59,781 nt of DNA from a virus (lineage: Duplodnaviria; Caudoviricetes), in IMG/VR virus record IMGVR_UViG_3300009419_000837, positions 1 to 59,781 of that record, one strand, 5' to 3'. How positions within the stretch are numbered: the first letter of the stretch is position 1; every line of letters starts with the position of its first letter. The notes under the pieces are model-generated. The model was not told the DNA's origin and did not search any database. It saw nothing but the letters and a program-made list of their open reading frames with translations. The translations under genes and the position numbers were made by a program. Shown here piece by piece: positions 9,398 through 19,758 of the stretch.

Positions 9398-9406
9398 GAC
9401 ACGCCG
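9398..9406. promoter_or_regulatory. GACAC(GCCG) motif, possible WhiA/WhiB-type site
   Basis: GACACGCCG lies 10 nt upstream of the promoter. GACAC is the Streptomyces WhiA motif, but it is short, so evidence is weak. Confidence 0.4.
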
Positions 9407-9553
9407 TTATTCGGCTTTTAGGTAGTCCTCAAGGGCTGCGATAATAACGCTGGTGACTGTGACTTCCTGACTGGCAGCCTTCTTCTGGACAGCAATCCAG
9501 AGGTCGTCTGAGACGCGGATAGTACGCGTAGGGGTCTTAGGTGCGTTAGGCAT
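9407..9553 (-). CDS. Ribbon-helix-helix DNA-binding protein (48 aa; MPNAPKTPTRTIRVSDDLWIAVQKKA...VTSVIIAALEDYL)
   Basis: Manually translated. RHH pattern (beta strand TIRV, then two helices); leaderless TAAACT-N6-ATG start. Not in the ORF track. Confidence 0.85.
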   Translation of the reverse strand: MPNAPKTPTRTIRVSDDLWIAVQKKAASQEVTVTSVIIAALEDYLKAE

Positions 9554-9562
9554 CCATCAAGT

Positions 9563-11155
9563 TTACACGGATTTAAGCATCAAGAACTGGTTTAGGCTAC
9601 TTATGCTGAAATCTATCCCTCCAGCCTCATTTATGCCCTCACCGTCGATTACAGCGCTTGCTACGGCGTTTTTATGCTGAAGCATCTCGTGCTGTCGGAC
9701 TTCAATAGATCCTGCTACTAGGAAGTCTTGGATGACTATAGACGGCCACTTTGAGGACGCTCGCATGATTCGTCCGTTTCGCTGTGTAGCGCCTCCCGAT
9801 GACCACGGTAGGTCGTAGTTGACGAGGAGGTTAGCGGCAGGAAGATCAACGCCATAACCGCCAGCATCTGAAGAAACAAGGACACGAACACTAGGGTCAG
9901 TGTTAAGAGCAATTTTATTCTCCTCTTTGGTCTTGGCGTCAAGGCGACCTGTGTAAGTTCTACAACCGTACTGGATCAGGGCTTCCGCGAGCTTGTCTGT
10001 CATGTCTACATAGGTAGCAAATATAACAACTTTGTTCTCTTCAGCTTGGTCTAAAAACTCTTTTACATATTGAACTAGGGCGTTTAATTTTGGAGATTGA
10101 TCAACACCCTCTAAATACCCAGCCTCGACTAACTCATTTGCATAGGCAGAGCCTTCCCCGCCAGTAGAGTTGTACTTAAGCGCACTGGTGCGTAGTAGGT
10201 CAGGATGTGAACAAAGCATCTTTAAACAACCAACCTTAGACATAATCTTTCCACGCCATTGGTTTTCTTCTTGGCTTCCTCCACCATTTTGTACCCCGTA
10301 ATGTGCAAAGACATTGAAGTTTGCACCAAACAATGCGGTTGCTTCCGCTAAATCATTTAGGAGGTCTGTTCTAATTCGTTCATATAGCTTGGCGCTTCGT
10401 CTATCGAGCGTGATAAGTAACGGTTCATTATGTATGGAATCTGGTAAGTGCGGCGCAACATCAGGATCTTTTTGCGACTTTCGGACACTTGATTCCTTAA
10501 GACGCTCGTGTAGAGTAGGAAGATTCCTATAACGCTGGACTCCACCCCAATTATTACGAACAATAAATGCTGAGTCAAAGATGTCAAACCTTCCTAGTAC
10601 GGAGTCGTCTACAAACTGCATGATGCTAAACAACTCTTCTGGTTTACCGTTTTCAATAGGTGTTCCAGTTAAAGCAAACTTAAAAGGAGCGTTTGCCATC
10701 TTCTAAACTGCCTTAGATCTTTTAGACTTAAAAGATTTAATTGCTGTGGCTTCGTCGCAAACTATAAAACCTCTAGGTAGTTTCTTTACTAAATCCCAAT
10801 CGTTGACAATCTGTTCGTAGTTCATCACTACGTAATCAACACCTGTCTCTCGCCAGTTGTACGCGTCTTCATATTGCTTAAGTCTTTGCTTAGGTGTTCC
10901 ATCAATAACTAATGCTTTAGAAGTACCTTCTGTAAACTTTTCAATTTGATTAGCCCACTGGTACTTAAGGCTGGAAAGACAGATAACCATTCCGGGCTCC
11001 CGGATTGAACCGCTGTCCATCAGCTGTTCGAGCGCTGCAATCGTTAGTACTGTCTTCCCGAGCCCTAAATCGTATGCCACTAAAACCTTGTGGCGATCAA
11101 TCATTTTTTCAACCGCCTCAGGTTGGTAGGGTAGTAGCGTCCCTTTGAAAGTCAA
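9563..11155 (-). pseudogene. SNF2-family helicase interrupted by one in-frame TAG (10703-10705)
   Basis: The N-part (LLPYQ, DLGLGKT, DEA) and C-part (LTGTPIEN, GGYGVDL, QRNGRIMR) are in the same frame: AAG GCA GTT TAG AAG ATG GCA. Confidence 0.8.
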
Positions 11156-11364
11156 GCGTCTCTCCTCCAGTGTACGAACGACCGAATGTAGACGATAGCG
11201 TAAGCAACGGCAGAAACTATAAACCCGTATTGTTTAGTGGTTAGAGCGTAGGCAATCCAAATGACCTCGTTAGCCAAAAGAACTAGCCAGCCCCATATTG
11301 TTTTTCTACCGACAAAGTAAATGCCTAGTACGCCTATTGTCGCTAGTACCCAAGACCACATCAT
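11152..11364 (-). CDS. Small membrane protein, PnuC-like
   Basis: Three hydrophobic segments; WGWLV..NEVIWIAYA...QYG. Confidence 0.65.
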   Translation of the reverse strand: MMWSWVLATIGVLGIYFVGRKTIWGWLVLLANEVIWIAYALTTKQYGFIVSAVAYAIVYIRSFVHWRRDA

Positions 11365-11912
11365 GCGTATGACATCATTCTTGTTGAGACCAAAACCTCT
11401 AGGTCTTCTAAAGTTCCATTGTTAACAAAGATCTGATCTACTGGGTACCCGTCCATTTCAGATTCAGAAACGTGATCGTTAACGGCATCCGTTCCAATTC
11501 GTTTAATGCGCCAAATCTTACCCTTGAACTCTTGAATCCAAATAGCCTCGTTCTCAAAACGAACATCAGAGACAACTACTTTATCTTGCGGTGCTACATC
11601 AGATAAGGCTTCGTTAATCCAAAAGGTGTCTCCAAATAATTTTCTAGCGCCAACTCCTAGTTCTTGAAGAAGGCGTCTAACTTCTGGAAAATCTACTTTT
11701 ACTTTGTCCCAGCCGTAGGAGTCTACTAAATCTTGAAGTCGGTAATTAATAATGCTATCGCCGTAACCCTTAGGGATTAGTGGGTCCATCTCGTAAAGTA
11801 ACTTACGAATTGGGTCAGCAAATGCAATTCTTCTGTACCCGTGCTTCTCAACAAGAATGTTAGCTACAGTGTCTTTTCCAGACTGTGCGTAACCTGAAAG
11901 ACCAATGATCAT
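11361..11912 (-). CDS. Deoxynucleoside monophosphate kinase
   Basis: IIGLSGYAQSGKDT, AFADP, RRLLQELG, VVSDVRFENE, HVSE. Confidence 0.9.
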   Translation of the reverse strand: MIIGLSGYAQSGKDTVANILVEKHGYRRIAFADPIRKLLYEMDPLIPKGYGDSIINYRLQDLVDSYGWDKVKVDFPEVRRLLQELGVGARKLFGDTFWINEALSDVAPQDKVVVSDVRFENEAIWIQEFKGKIWRIKRIGTDAVNDHVSESEMDGYPVDQIFVNNGTLEDLEVLVSTRMMSYA

Positions 11913-12838
11913 GACAGTGCCTTCTCCCCATGTAGTGCGTGCTTAGCGTTTTCAATTCCGTAGACTATCTCAGCCTTACTCATTCCGCCAATATCCTTGA
12001 TACCGCTAGAGGCATAGTCGAAGAACCAGCACTCAAACCACATATCTACGGACTTCTTAAGAAAGTCTTGAGCGGCTTGGCGCCCAGCCTCATCGTTGTC
12101 CATCGCCACGATAACCCGCTCAGCGCCTTTAATTGCGCTCATCTGGTCTTTAGACACTGCTGTGCCGTAAGTAGAAACGCCACCTAGAAGCCCTACAGAA
12201 GCCATACGAGCCACGTCTAGCGGGGATTCGACTACTACCATTGGCCCGCCCGTGTACTGCTGGTACCCAAACAAAGAGTGGCTCTTTTGAATCCCAGCGG
12301 GGTAGTTTCTAAAGTATCTGCCCTTAGCGCCCTTCTCCTGCCAACCCAGTAACTTTCCAGATAGGTCGCGGATTGGAAGGATCCAACACTCCTTACGAGC
12401 ATCGTACAAAATTCCGTACAGTTCTGCGGCGGCTGGTGTTATTCCACGACTACGTAATAGTTCTACTGGCGGTGCGACATAAGCCGCCAAGTTAGCCTCG
12501 GTGATGTCAACTGATATCGCTTCAGTCTTTGGCTTCGGATTTAGTGCTCGCTCTAAACGCATTGATAGATCGCTAGTAGTTGTCTTGACCCACTCGTCAG
12601 CTTCTTCCATAGGAATACCATTGACGTATGAAACAAGGTACTGCAATCCTCCACGAAACCCGCAAGAGAAACAGTTATGCGCCCCTGTGTCAGCATTAAT
12701 TGACCAAGACGGATTGTGGTCTTCTTTTCCAGTTCTATCAAAGTGACCGGGGCATAATCCCTTTACCTCTGACCCACGTGCTCCGTAGGTTTCAACACCA
12801 AGACCTTTAAGAAAGTCTTCCATCTCTTCTACGGTCAT
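11909..12838 (-). CDS. dnaG: DNA primase (zinc finger + TOPRIM)
   Basis: CPGH...HNCFSCG zinc domain; VVESPLD and AMDNDEAG TOPRIM motifs. Confidence 0.88.
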   Translation of the reverse strand: MTVEEMEDFLKGLGVETYGARGSEVKGLCPGHFDRTGKEDHNPSWSINADTGAHNCFSCGFRGGLQYLVSYVNGIPMEEADEWVKTTTSDLSMRLERALNPKPKTEAISVDITEANLAAYVAPPVELLRSRGITPAAAELYGILYDARKECWILPIRDLSGKLLGWQEKGAKGRYFRNYPAGIQKSHSLFGYQQYTGGPMVVVESPLDVARMASVGLLGGVSTYGTAVSKDQMSAIKGAERVIVAMDNDEAGRQAAQDFLKKSVDMWFECWFFDYASSGIKDIGGMSKAEIVYGIENAKHALHGEKALS

Positions 12839-14082
12839 GCGTCAAGCTCACCTGTCATTTCGCGGAACGTTCCTTCATCCCATGCCCATGTAAGGAATGT
12901 AGAACCAGGTCCTGAGTTACGGCTAGCAAGAACGCTAAGAATACGAGTTTGGTCATCACTTTCTTCTGGCTTTTCAAGACCAAACAAAACGTCAGCATCC
13001 TGAAAGAATGATGATGAGTAACCAATAGAGTTTGCTGTAAGTCGACCGCCCTTACCCTTCTTCCAATCTAAAGACTGAGTTGTAATAACAATAGGAATCT
13101 TAAAGGTCTGAGCCAATCGCTTGAAACCACGAGTTAAGTTAGTAAGAGCCTGAGGAGTGTTCTGCTCACCAGTCTGCTCATCTGTCATAAGGTACATACC
13201 ATCGATAAACAAAATACTTGGGCGGTGCAACTGCAACTTAGCAGTTACTCCGCTTAGTGTTGATCCAGAAGAAGAGTCAACAAGCCAAAACTTTTCCGCG
13301 TCCTCTCGCATCTTGTCAGTAACAAGTGTCTTGTAGCGACCTTCTTCATCAGGTCTCAAGGTTCCTGTAATCAAACGCTGATGAGAGATGCGGGCACGCA
13401 TAGAGTCATAACGATCTTCTTGCTCACGATTACTCATCTCAAATGAATAGAACATCGGCATAACCTCAGAATGAGTATGGATGTTAATCGCAACCTGCAT
13501 GGCAACGGTTGATTTACCTGTCTTAGGTGTAGCGGTAATAACAATCAACTGCTCATCTTGAAGTCCGTTAGTGACTTTATCAATAGTTGGAAAACCTGTT
13601 GGGTAACCAAGCAATCCGTCTGGGATTAACTTGCGCTGTTGATACCTATCCCAACGGCGGTCAAGTTCTTTGTCTTCTGTAATATCGATGTCGTTGGTTT
13701 CGCTGAAGCCAGCCTCGTCCATCTTAAGGACACCCGCTTGAAGAACCTGTAGTGCACCTTCGTGGTCTTGCTCACGATCAATCTTCTCAATTGCATCTCT
13801 AAGAATGTTGGCTGTGTAAATCTTACGACGAGCAGCTGACAAAGAATCCAGTAGATAATCAATCGAGTCATTTACTGGCACAACCTCATACGAAGGATAG
13901 TTGTCTTTTACAACGTCAAGGCTTGGACACTCGCCGTAGCGTGCGTAGTGCTCTCTGATGTAAACCCAAATCTTCTTGTCGTTCTCATCTGAGAACCAAG
14001 ACTGATTTACGTTACGGTCAAATAAAGGGGTTAGGTCTCTTTCTAAAAGAGCCTTGCTTAGTAATCTCTTCTCGTTGTTCAT
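12835..14082 (-). CDS. dnaB: DnaB-like replicative helicase
   Basis: PTGFPTID..TNGL, ATPKTGKS, SFEMS, FIDG, FQDAD, SRN. Confidence 0.92.
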   Translation of the reverse strand: MNNEKRLLSKALLERDLTPLFDRNVNQSWFSDENDKKIWVYIREHYARYGECPSLDVVKDNYPSYEVVPVNDSIDYLLDSLSAARRKIYTANILRDAIEKIDREQDHEGALQVLQAGVLKMDEAGFSETNDIDITEDKELDRRWDRYQQRKLIPDGLLGYPTGFPTIDKVTNGLQDEQLIVITATPKTGKSTVAMQVAINIHTHSEVMPMFYSFEMSNREQEDRYDSMRARISHQRLITGTLRPDEEGRYKTLVTDKMREDAEKFWLVDSSSGSTLSGVTAKLQLHRPSILFIDGMYLMTDEQTGEQNTPQALTNLTRGFKRLAQTFKIPIVITTQSLDWKKGKGGRLTANSIGYSSSFFQDADVLFGLEKPEESDDQTRILSVLASRNSGPGSTFLTWAWDEGTFREMTGELDA

Positions 14083-14489
14083 AGTCGTGTCATATCCATT
14101 CCCCAGTGCCCGTAACGTAACATTCGATCAGGTCTATCAATAACCCCAATTAATTCAGGGCGATATGGTAGCTGATTAATTAAGTCTTCGATAGTCGTGT
14201 AAGAAACGCAATACCTAAACGGATTGGTTCCGTACTCGTCTAGCGTGTCCATAACTTTTTGCAATTCTTCTTGGTTCAAGTTAAAAGACGCAAGTTCAAT
14301 TGTGTAAGGAGTTCTCATAGCCCACAAGTAAAGTTGGCTAAGAACTTCTTTTTTAAAAGATACTTTTTTTCTAGTTCTTTTAATTACCTTGTACTTCTTA
14401 GGAAGCTCCTCGGTCTCTAAAAGAATAAAGACATCATCCGTAACAATTATTCGTTGCGGTATGTCGTTGCTGATATCCCCGTTTCGCAT
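14079..14489 (-). CDS. Hypothetical protein
   Basis: ATG 14489 directly follows the upstream stop; operonic. Confidence 0.65.
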   Translation of the reverse strand: MRNGDISNDIPQRIIVTDDVFILLETEELPKKYKVIKRTRKKVSFKKEVLSQLYLWAMRTPYTIELASFNLNQEELQKVMDTLDEYGTNPFRYCVSYTTIEDLINQLPYRPELIGVIDRPDRMLRYGHWGMDMTRL

Positions 14490-14490
14490 T

Positions 14491-14802
14491 TTAAAATACT
14501 TCGATCTTTGCAAATCTAATTACAAATTGTCTAAAGGCTTCTGGAGACTCTTTTGCTTTTTCGGTGTCTTCTTCCGTAGCAGCCTTAGAAACCTCTAGAG
14601 GGTAGTTACCGTTATTAGAGTCAATACGTGCTTTTACAAAACGAGTGTGCTTGCAAGTAGTTCGTCCTTTGTACCCAGAACAAGTGCAATACAAATCACC
14701 GTCCGCGCTTGAACTAACTTCAAAGATATTTGGACCAGGTGTAGCTGTTGGGCTTAGAAAAACCTGTATCAATCTCTTGTGCTCCACTGATGACTCCATC
14801 AT
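14491..14802 (-). CDS. SWIM zinc-finger protein
   Basis: YCTCSG...TCKH (CxC...CxH). Confidence 0.8.
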   Translation of the reverse strand: MMESSVEHKRLIQVFLSPTATPGPNIFEVSSSADGDLYCTCSGYKGRTTCKHTRFVKARIDSNNGNYPLEVSKAATEEDTEKAKESPEAFRQFVIRFAKIEVF

Positions 14803-15479
14803 TGTCGTAAGTCCCCTTCCGTAGATTCTAGGTCAATATTGTAAAAAGCTTCGTGTGCAAAACTTCCAGTTGCCTCACCGTACCAGTCAGGCCAGTTATC
14901 TAGCAAAATATTGGAAGTAACGATGGTTGGAAGACCGTTGTTAAACCTAGTCCTCAAAACATGGTGAAGCATGCTTTTGTTCCAAGCAGAGGCGTTGTTA
15001 TGCTCTCGTCCAACATCATCGATAACAAGAATCTTTACATTTCGATGCTCGTCAGAACAAGCGCCCATAATTCCATCGTACAAAGTTTCGCGGGACTCTT
15101 CCACAGAGTCGTCCATCATCTCTCCCTTAAGATCTAAAAGACCTGCATAGGTGATGAAATAACAAGGGCGAACATCGTTCAAAGGAAAAACATCTAGTGA
15201 GAAAGTTCTAATAGCCTCTTGAATTATGGCTGAGGCAAGAGTCGTCTTTCCGTGTCCCGGTGACCCATAGAACGCCATACCTTTTCCGCAAGAGCGCTCG
15301 CCGATAGCGTTAATGATCTTGTTGTCTTTGACCTTTGTAAGCCAACCTTGTATGTCCTCAATAACATCAGAAGGTACGGCGGTGCAGTCGTTAAACTCCC
15401 AACCTTGAAGATGTTTAGGCAAACCAGCAGCCTTAATCCAAGTCTTGCGACGTAACTTTAAATCATCTGGCTTAAACAT
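14799..15479 (-). CDS. DnaC/IstB-like AAA+ helicase loader
   Basis: GSPGHGKT, LVIDDVGRE, R...GLPTIVTSN. Confidence 0.88.
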   Translation of the reverse strand: MFKPDDLKLRRKTWIKAAGLPKHLQGWEFNDCTAVPSDVIEDIQGWLTKVKDNKIINAIGERSCGKGMAFYGSPGHGKTTLASAIIQEAIRTFSLDVFPLNDVRPCYFITYAGLLDLKGEMMDDSVEESRETLYDGIMGACSDEHRNVKILVIDDVGREHNNASAWNKSMLHHVLRTRFNNGLPTIVTSNILLDNWPDWYGEATGSFAHEAFYNIDLESTEGDLRQ

Positions 15480-16402
15480 TATTCTCCCCTTAATTCACGA
15501 CGTGCTTTGTCTCTTGCCTTCTTTGCTGTTTCCTTTGCTTTTTCTGTAGGCATAGTCATCTTTGCCTGACCAACTAAACCAGGTAAGCGACTAACATACA
15601 ACCTCCAAAGAATTTCAGCGTCTTTGTACTCTTTAATATTTATTTGAGAAAAGAAAATCTCCATGGCTCTAACTTCAATCTCGCCATCGGTATCCAGCCT
15701 AGTTCTAGCCCCTGCTAGAGCGCCAGAGAACTGGCTCTGGGTAACTTCCCACGGAGCAATGTGAAAATGCTCAAGAAGTCGACTAGCAAACTCGTAGCAA
15801 ACGTCACGTACGCTCCACTCGTTACGCGGAGTTCCAGCTCGACCCTGCTTGCGACCGTAGTCTAGAACCGTCTTAGCCTCTTTGTACTTTTTCTTCCGAT
15901 CATCGGCAGCAGCCTTGTTGTCAGCCTTGCGCTTATCCCTAGCCTTCTGGATCTCTGCCGCTATCTCATCATCAGGTCCTGATACAGATTCGAAGATTCC
16001 GCCCCATGACATTTCACTCACCTCGATATTCATAACTTCGTATTCATCCCTTGACTTCGTCAAGGAAGGATTTTTACTTATAACAGTAGAATTAGTAATT
16101 CTGCTTATATGCTCATTACTGGTAACAGGGGTCACGTTATGTGACTCCACAACTTGTGCGCCCACACTTCCAAAAAACGCCCGATTCGCTTTTTCAGTGA
16201 GGACAGAAACGGTCATAATTTTATTGCCGATACGCTGCGGTCCAGTTCTAATATAGCCCTTGTCTCGTAACTCTTTTAGCCCACTCAGCGCTGAGCGCCT
16301 ACCCACATTAAACCTAAACATCATGGACTCAGCCGATATGTTCAAGTTGTGTTGATGGATCGCTAGTAAGAACCCATACGCTTTTGGGGACAGGTCAATC
16401 AC
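15479..16402 (-). CDS. Putative replication initiator (N-terminal winged HTH)
   Basis: LSPKAYG...GRRSALSGLKELRDKGYI; directly upstream of the DnaC-like gene. Confidence 0.65.
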   Translation of the reverse strand: MIDLSPKAYGFLLAIHQHNLNISAESMMFRFNVGRRSALSGLKELRDKGYIRTGPQRIGNKIMTVSVLTEKANRAFFGSVGAQVVESHNVTPVTSNEHISRITNSTVISKNPSLTKSRDEYEVMNIEVSEMSWGGIFESVSGPDDEIAAEIQKARDKRKADNKAAADDRKKKYKEAKTVLDYGRKQGRAGTPRNEWSVRDVCYEFASRLLEHFHIAPWEVTQSQFSGALAGARTRLDTDGEIEVRAMEIFFSQINIKEYKDAEILWRLYVSRLPGLVGQAKMTMPTEKAKETAKKARDKARRELRGE

Positions 16403-16977
16403 GCAAGCCCTGCCTCTTTAAGGGCTTCAAGGACTTTCTTAGTGATTAACTCCGTAAGGTCGTTAACGTTAGCCTTTACCTCAGGTTCCTTAGCCTTTAC
16501 CTTAGTCTCAGATTCTGAGATTTCGGCTGTAACGACCTCCTGGGACTCGCTGACTGGATTTCCAGCTGATACCTCGAACAGACCTATGCAAAGGTCGTAG
16601 CAGGGCACGCCAGCCTCTTTAAAGGCTGCTTGAACCACCATCGATGCTGGGTCAGAAGGATTCCATAGCAAAAGCCCTACCGCGTCCTCGCCCTTGATCA
16701 TTTCAACCGTTGCTTGGACAGGGTCTTCCGCATTATGGACACTTGAACTACCAAGGCTCATAACAACAGAGTTGGCAGGGCATATAACCGTGGTCGGTAT
16801 CTCTAACTCGCTAGATACCTGATGTGCCCATATCTGACCTTGGCTTGGTCTATCGTTGAAAGGTAAAACTAAAACAACGTCTTTACCTTTGCCACGATAA
16901 TAATCTTCAAGCAAAGCTTCTACGTTGACTCGGGTTGTTTCCCCGTTACCTGCTACAACTACAAATCTTGATCCCAT
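16399..16977 (-). CDS. Hypothetical protein (Rossmann-like N-terminus)
   Basis: AGGAGG SD; upstream TGTGTAGTAT extended -10. Confidence 0.65.
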   Translation of the reverse strand: MGSRFVVVAGNGETTRVNVEALLEDYYRGKGKDVVLVLPFNDRPSQGQIWAHQVSSELEIPTTVICPANSVVMSLGSSSVHNAEDPVQATVEMIKGEDAVGLLLWNPSDPASMVVQAAFKEAGVPCYDLCIGLFEVSAGNPVSESQEVVTAEISESETKVKAKEPEVKANVNDLTELITKKVLEALKEAGLA

Positions 16978-17022
16978 GTGAATCCTCCTAGGCGGGGGAT
17001 ACTACACAGGTTTCTAGATGGG

Positions 17023-19269
17023 CTACAAACCGGGTTGAGCCAAGAACACCGAGAAGGTCGTGCCTACCGTTAAAAAGTTAGGAAGTTGGTCAATTAAGCG
17101 TAACTGAGTGGCAACACGGTTCTTGTAGTAGTGGGATCGGCTGTCGTGTACAGCGCCTTCCCAAATCAAGTCGTTTGCTGACGAGAACCCAGTGCTTCCA
17201 TCAAAGTATGGTTTAGCGATAGTCGCTCGCTCAAACATAGTTGAGTCTATGTGCATTGTCTGACCTACGGCTGGGTTATTCCAAAAGAAATAAGGCTTAC
17301 CGTACGCAGCGGTTGCTGGTGACAAGACAGAGTAAGAGATTCGAGTGAAGTCTAACTTTAAGTCCTGTACAAAAGTATTAATAGTTCCCGGAGTTAAATT
17401 TATGTTTGCTCCCGGAGATGAAACTTGAAAGTATCTTCCAGAAACAACAACTACTTCGTAATCTCCATCTAGAGTTACATCAGTAAAACCAAGAAGACGA
17501 ACCTGTTGACCTACAACAAGGCTTGTTGTTTCAGTTGTTGATACCGTTAAAACTCCGTCAGTGCGGTAGTAATCTGTTACCGAGTAGAACTCAGTTAAGT
17601 TTTTAGCAGCAGATTCTGTGTTACTAATAAAAGACTCGTTAGCGTCATACCAGTCTATACCCCAGCCACCCAACAAGTCTTCAGATCGATCTCCAGTAAA
17701 TGCTGTTCTTACATATCCGCTAGCGCTGTACCAAAAACCGGGAAGCACTGGCGCAAGATCTGTGTATGAAAGAACAACTTCGTCAGTAGAGTCGGCTTCA
17801 ATCTTTAGAGACACATCACTGTTGTTAGCCTCGTCTTTGATAAGAAGGTCACGGGTCATTGTTGCGTTATCAATAGACCAGTAAGTTGTGTTCACTTCAA
17901 AGCTAGGGTTTTTAAACTCGTTAACACGGCTTGCCTTCAATGTAATCTTCACATCGCGGGCTTCTTCAAAAGAAGTCGGACCTTCTGAACTTTGCTCAAG
18001 TTGCGCTGCATCCATGTAATGAATCTCATTCGCTGGAACAGCGTCTACTCGAATGTACGGAACAGCAAAGTACGCATTAACAGGGGCAACGCTTGTTGAA
18101 GATACTCGCGTGTTCCAGTTAGTTGCGTTGTTAGTAGCAAAACCTTCACCAGCACGTGACAGCTCTTCACCGTTTCGGTCGTACCAAATAATGTCTACTG
18201 TTACTACGCGAGCATTTGTTTTTGCACGTGATCGTACTGAGAACGTGTAAGAGAAACCTTCTTTTACAGGGATACCTCTGGTTTTAGGGGCAGACTCTCC
18301 ACAAGCAATTTCTATAGCGCCAGTAGTTGTTGTTTTTGTAATCTTAAGTGAGCCCGAAATTTTATTTGGAAAGTCGGTCAGTGTAGGTTCTGAGTAGGCT
18401 AGCACTTCAGATGCTGGCGCAACCGCTAGCGTTCCAGTTCCAGCCACAACTGCCCATCGACCAACAGATTGCTCAAAAGATGAGTCGTTGTAGTCAAGCA
18501 TTAGGTTCTTACCCATTGCAGTTGATTCATCGTAACCAGTAAAGGCTTTAATAAAGTTCTTCAGTCCTTCAAGACTTCCCTTTGACTTATTTATATACAC
18601 CGCATTACGGAGCAGAATTCTAGATTGCTGTAGACCAAGTTCTGGTTCGTAAGCAATACCAAACTGCTGCATCATTACTGGAATAATTGGAGCGTACGAC
18701 ACAGATGTGTCATATGTGTTTAAAAGCAAATTTGCACTCGTCTTGTACTGGTCGTACTCAACTGCAAATATTTGTAAAAACTTTTGTAGGGCAGGGTTTT
18801 CAGAGTTGTCAGTTACAGCAGACAGGTTGCTTGTCTTATAGACAGTAGGTAGTGCATCAGACATACGAGCCAATGAGTTGAAGTCCTTAGACGAGATTCC
18901 AACAGCATCTCCAGCTTTGATCCACGTTCCAGTCTGTGTACTGAGAACAAAAAGGCTGTAGTGGTATCCAGAGGCTGGCTTAAGACCAATTCCTGCTGGA
19001 ACAGTTCCCTCGTCGATGTAGTAGCCAGTAGAAAAGTTCTTTGGTTCATCTGAAATGATAGTTCCATCATCTACGGAAAGTGGGAACCCGTACGTATTGC
19101 GAACCAAACGAATACGAGACCAGTCACCAGTTGGAGGTGTCCAAGTCAACTCGATTCTTTGGTAACCAACGGACCGCGCTTCAAAGGGAGATGCGTCAAA
19201 CTCAACAAACGCAACAGACCCAGCGCCGTACGAACCTACGCCGTAGTAATCAATACCGTAACGTGACAT
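17023..19269 (-). CDS. Baseplate/tail protein (tail-protein-I-like domain plus carbohydrate-binding-like domains)
   Basis: LPTVY..LQKFL...RILLRNAVYINKSKGSLEGLK; two NxSFE...W CBM-like repeats; follows baseplate J. Confidence 0.75.
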   Translation of the reverse strand: MSRYGIDYYGVGSYGAGSVAFVEFDASPFEARSVGYQRIELTWTPPTGDWSRIRLVRNTYGFPLSVDDGTIISDEPKNFSTGYYIDEGTVPAGIGLKPASGYHYSLFVLSTQTGTWIKAGDAVGISSKDFNSLARMSDALPTVYKTSNLSAVTDNSENPALQKFLQIFAVEYDQYKTSANLLLNTYDTSVSYAPIIPVMMQQFGIAYEPELGLQQSRILLRNAVYINKSKGSLEGLKNFIKAFTGYDESTAMGKNLMLDYNDSSFEQSVGRWAVVAGTGTLAVAPASEVLAYSEPTLTDFPNKISGSLKITKTTTTGAIEIACGESAPKTRGIPVKEGFSYTFSVRSRAKTNARVVTVDIIWYDRNGEELSRAGEGFATNNATNWNTRVSSTSVAPVNAYFAVPYIRVDAVPANEIHYMDAAQLEQSSEGPTSFEEARDVKITLKASRVNEFKNPSFEVNTTYWSIDNATMTRDLLIKDEANNSDVSLKIEADSTDEVVLSYTDLAPVLPGFWYSASGYVRTAFTGDRSEDLLGGWGIDWYDANESFISNTESAAKNLTEFYSVTDYYRTDGVLTVSTTETTSLVVGQQVRLLGFTDVTLDGDYEVVVVSGRYFQVSSPGANINLTPGTINTFVQDLKLDFTRISYSVLSPATAAYGKPYFFWNNPAVGQTMHIDSTMFERATIAKPYFDGSTGFSSANDLIWEGAVHDSRSHYYKNRVATQLRLIDQLPNFLTVGTTFSVFLAQPGL

Positions 19270-19272
19270 AGA

Positions 19273-19749
19273 TTATGAACCAAAGATAGAAAGGATGGCT
19301 AACTGATCTAATTGCGGTGCAGATAGTCCGTTTGGAGCAGAAATAACTCCAGCAGAAGAAACGCTTGCTAAAACTGTGTTGCTACTGTTTGTCCAGTTTT
19401 GCAAGTTTGCAGACTGCGACGAAGCGCCCTTTACGGTAAACGCAACGTTAGAGGCTGTGGCGTTAGTAAGGATCTCATTACCAGTTCTCTTAATGTACTG
19501 GGTGTGAGTATCTGCAACGATACCTGTTTCAATATTAGCTAGACGCTGAACAATTGTTGAGAACTGTGTTGAGTTAGCAAACGTATTAGAAGAAGACGGT
19601 GTTGTAGACAACGCTGGGTTTAAGCCAATGGTTGTCTCTAGCGCGACTACTTCTTCCTGTAAGGAGTTAGGGTCAGCCGCATCTACAATGTCTAGTGCGT
19701 TTACCTTTGTTGTAAAAGGTCTGATGCTTAATGGATAACTTGCTGGCAT
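19273..19749 (-). CDS. Virion structural protein
   Basis: Located in the baseplate cluster; DAADPNSLQEEVVALETTIG. Confidence 0.6.
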   Translation of the reverse strand: MPASYPLSIRPFTTKVNALDIVDAADPNSLQEEVVALETTIGLNPALSTTPSSSNTFANSTQFSTIVQRLANIETGIVADTHTQYIKRTGNEILTNATASNVAFTVKGASSQSANLQNWTNSSNTVLASVSSAGVISAPNGLSAPQLDQLAILSIFGS

Positions 19750-19758
19750 TTTCTTCTC

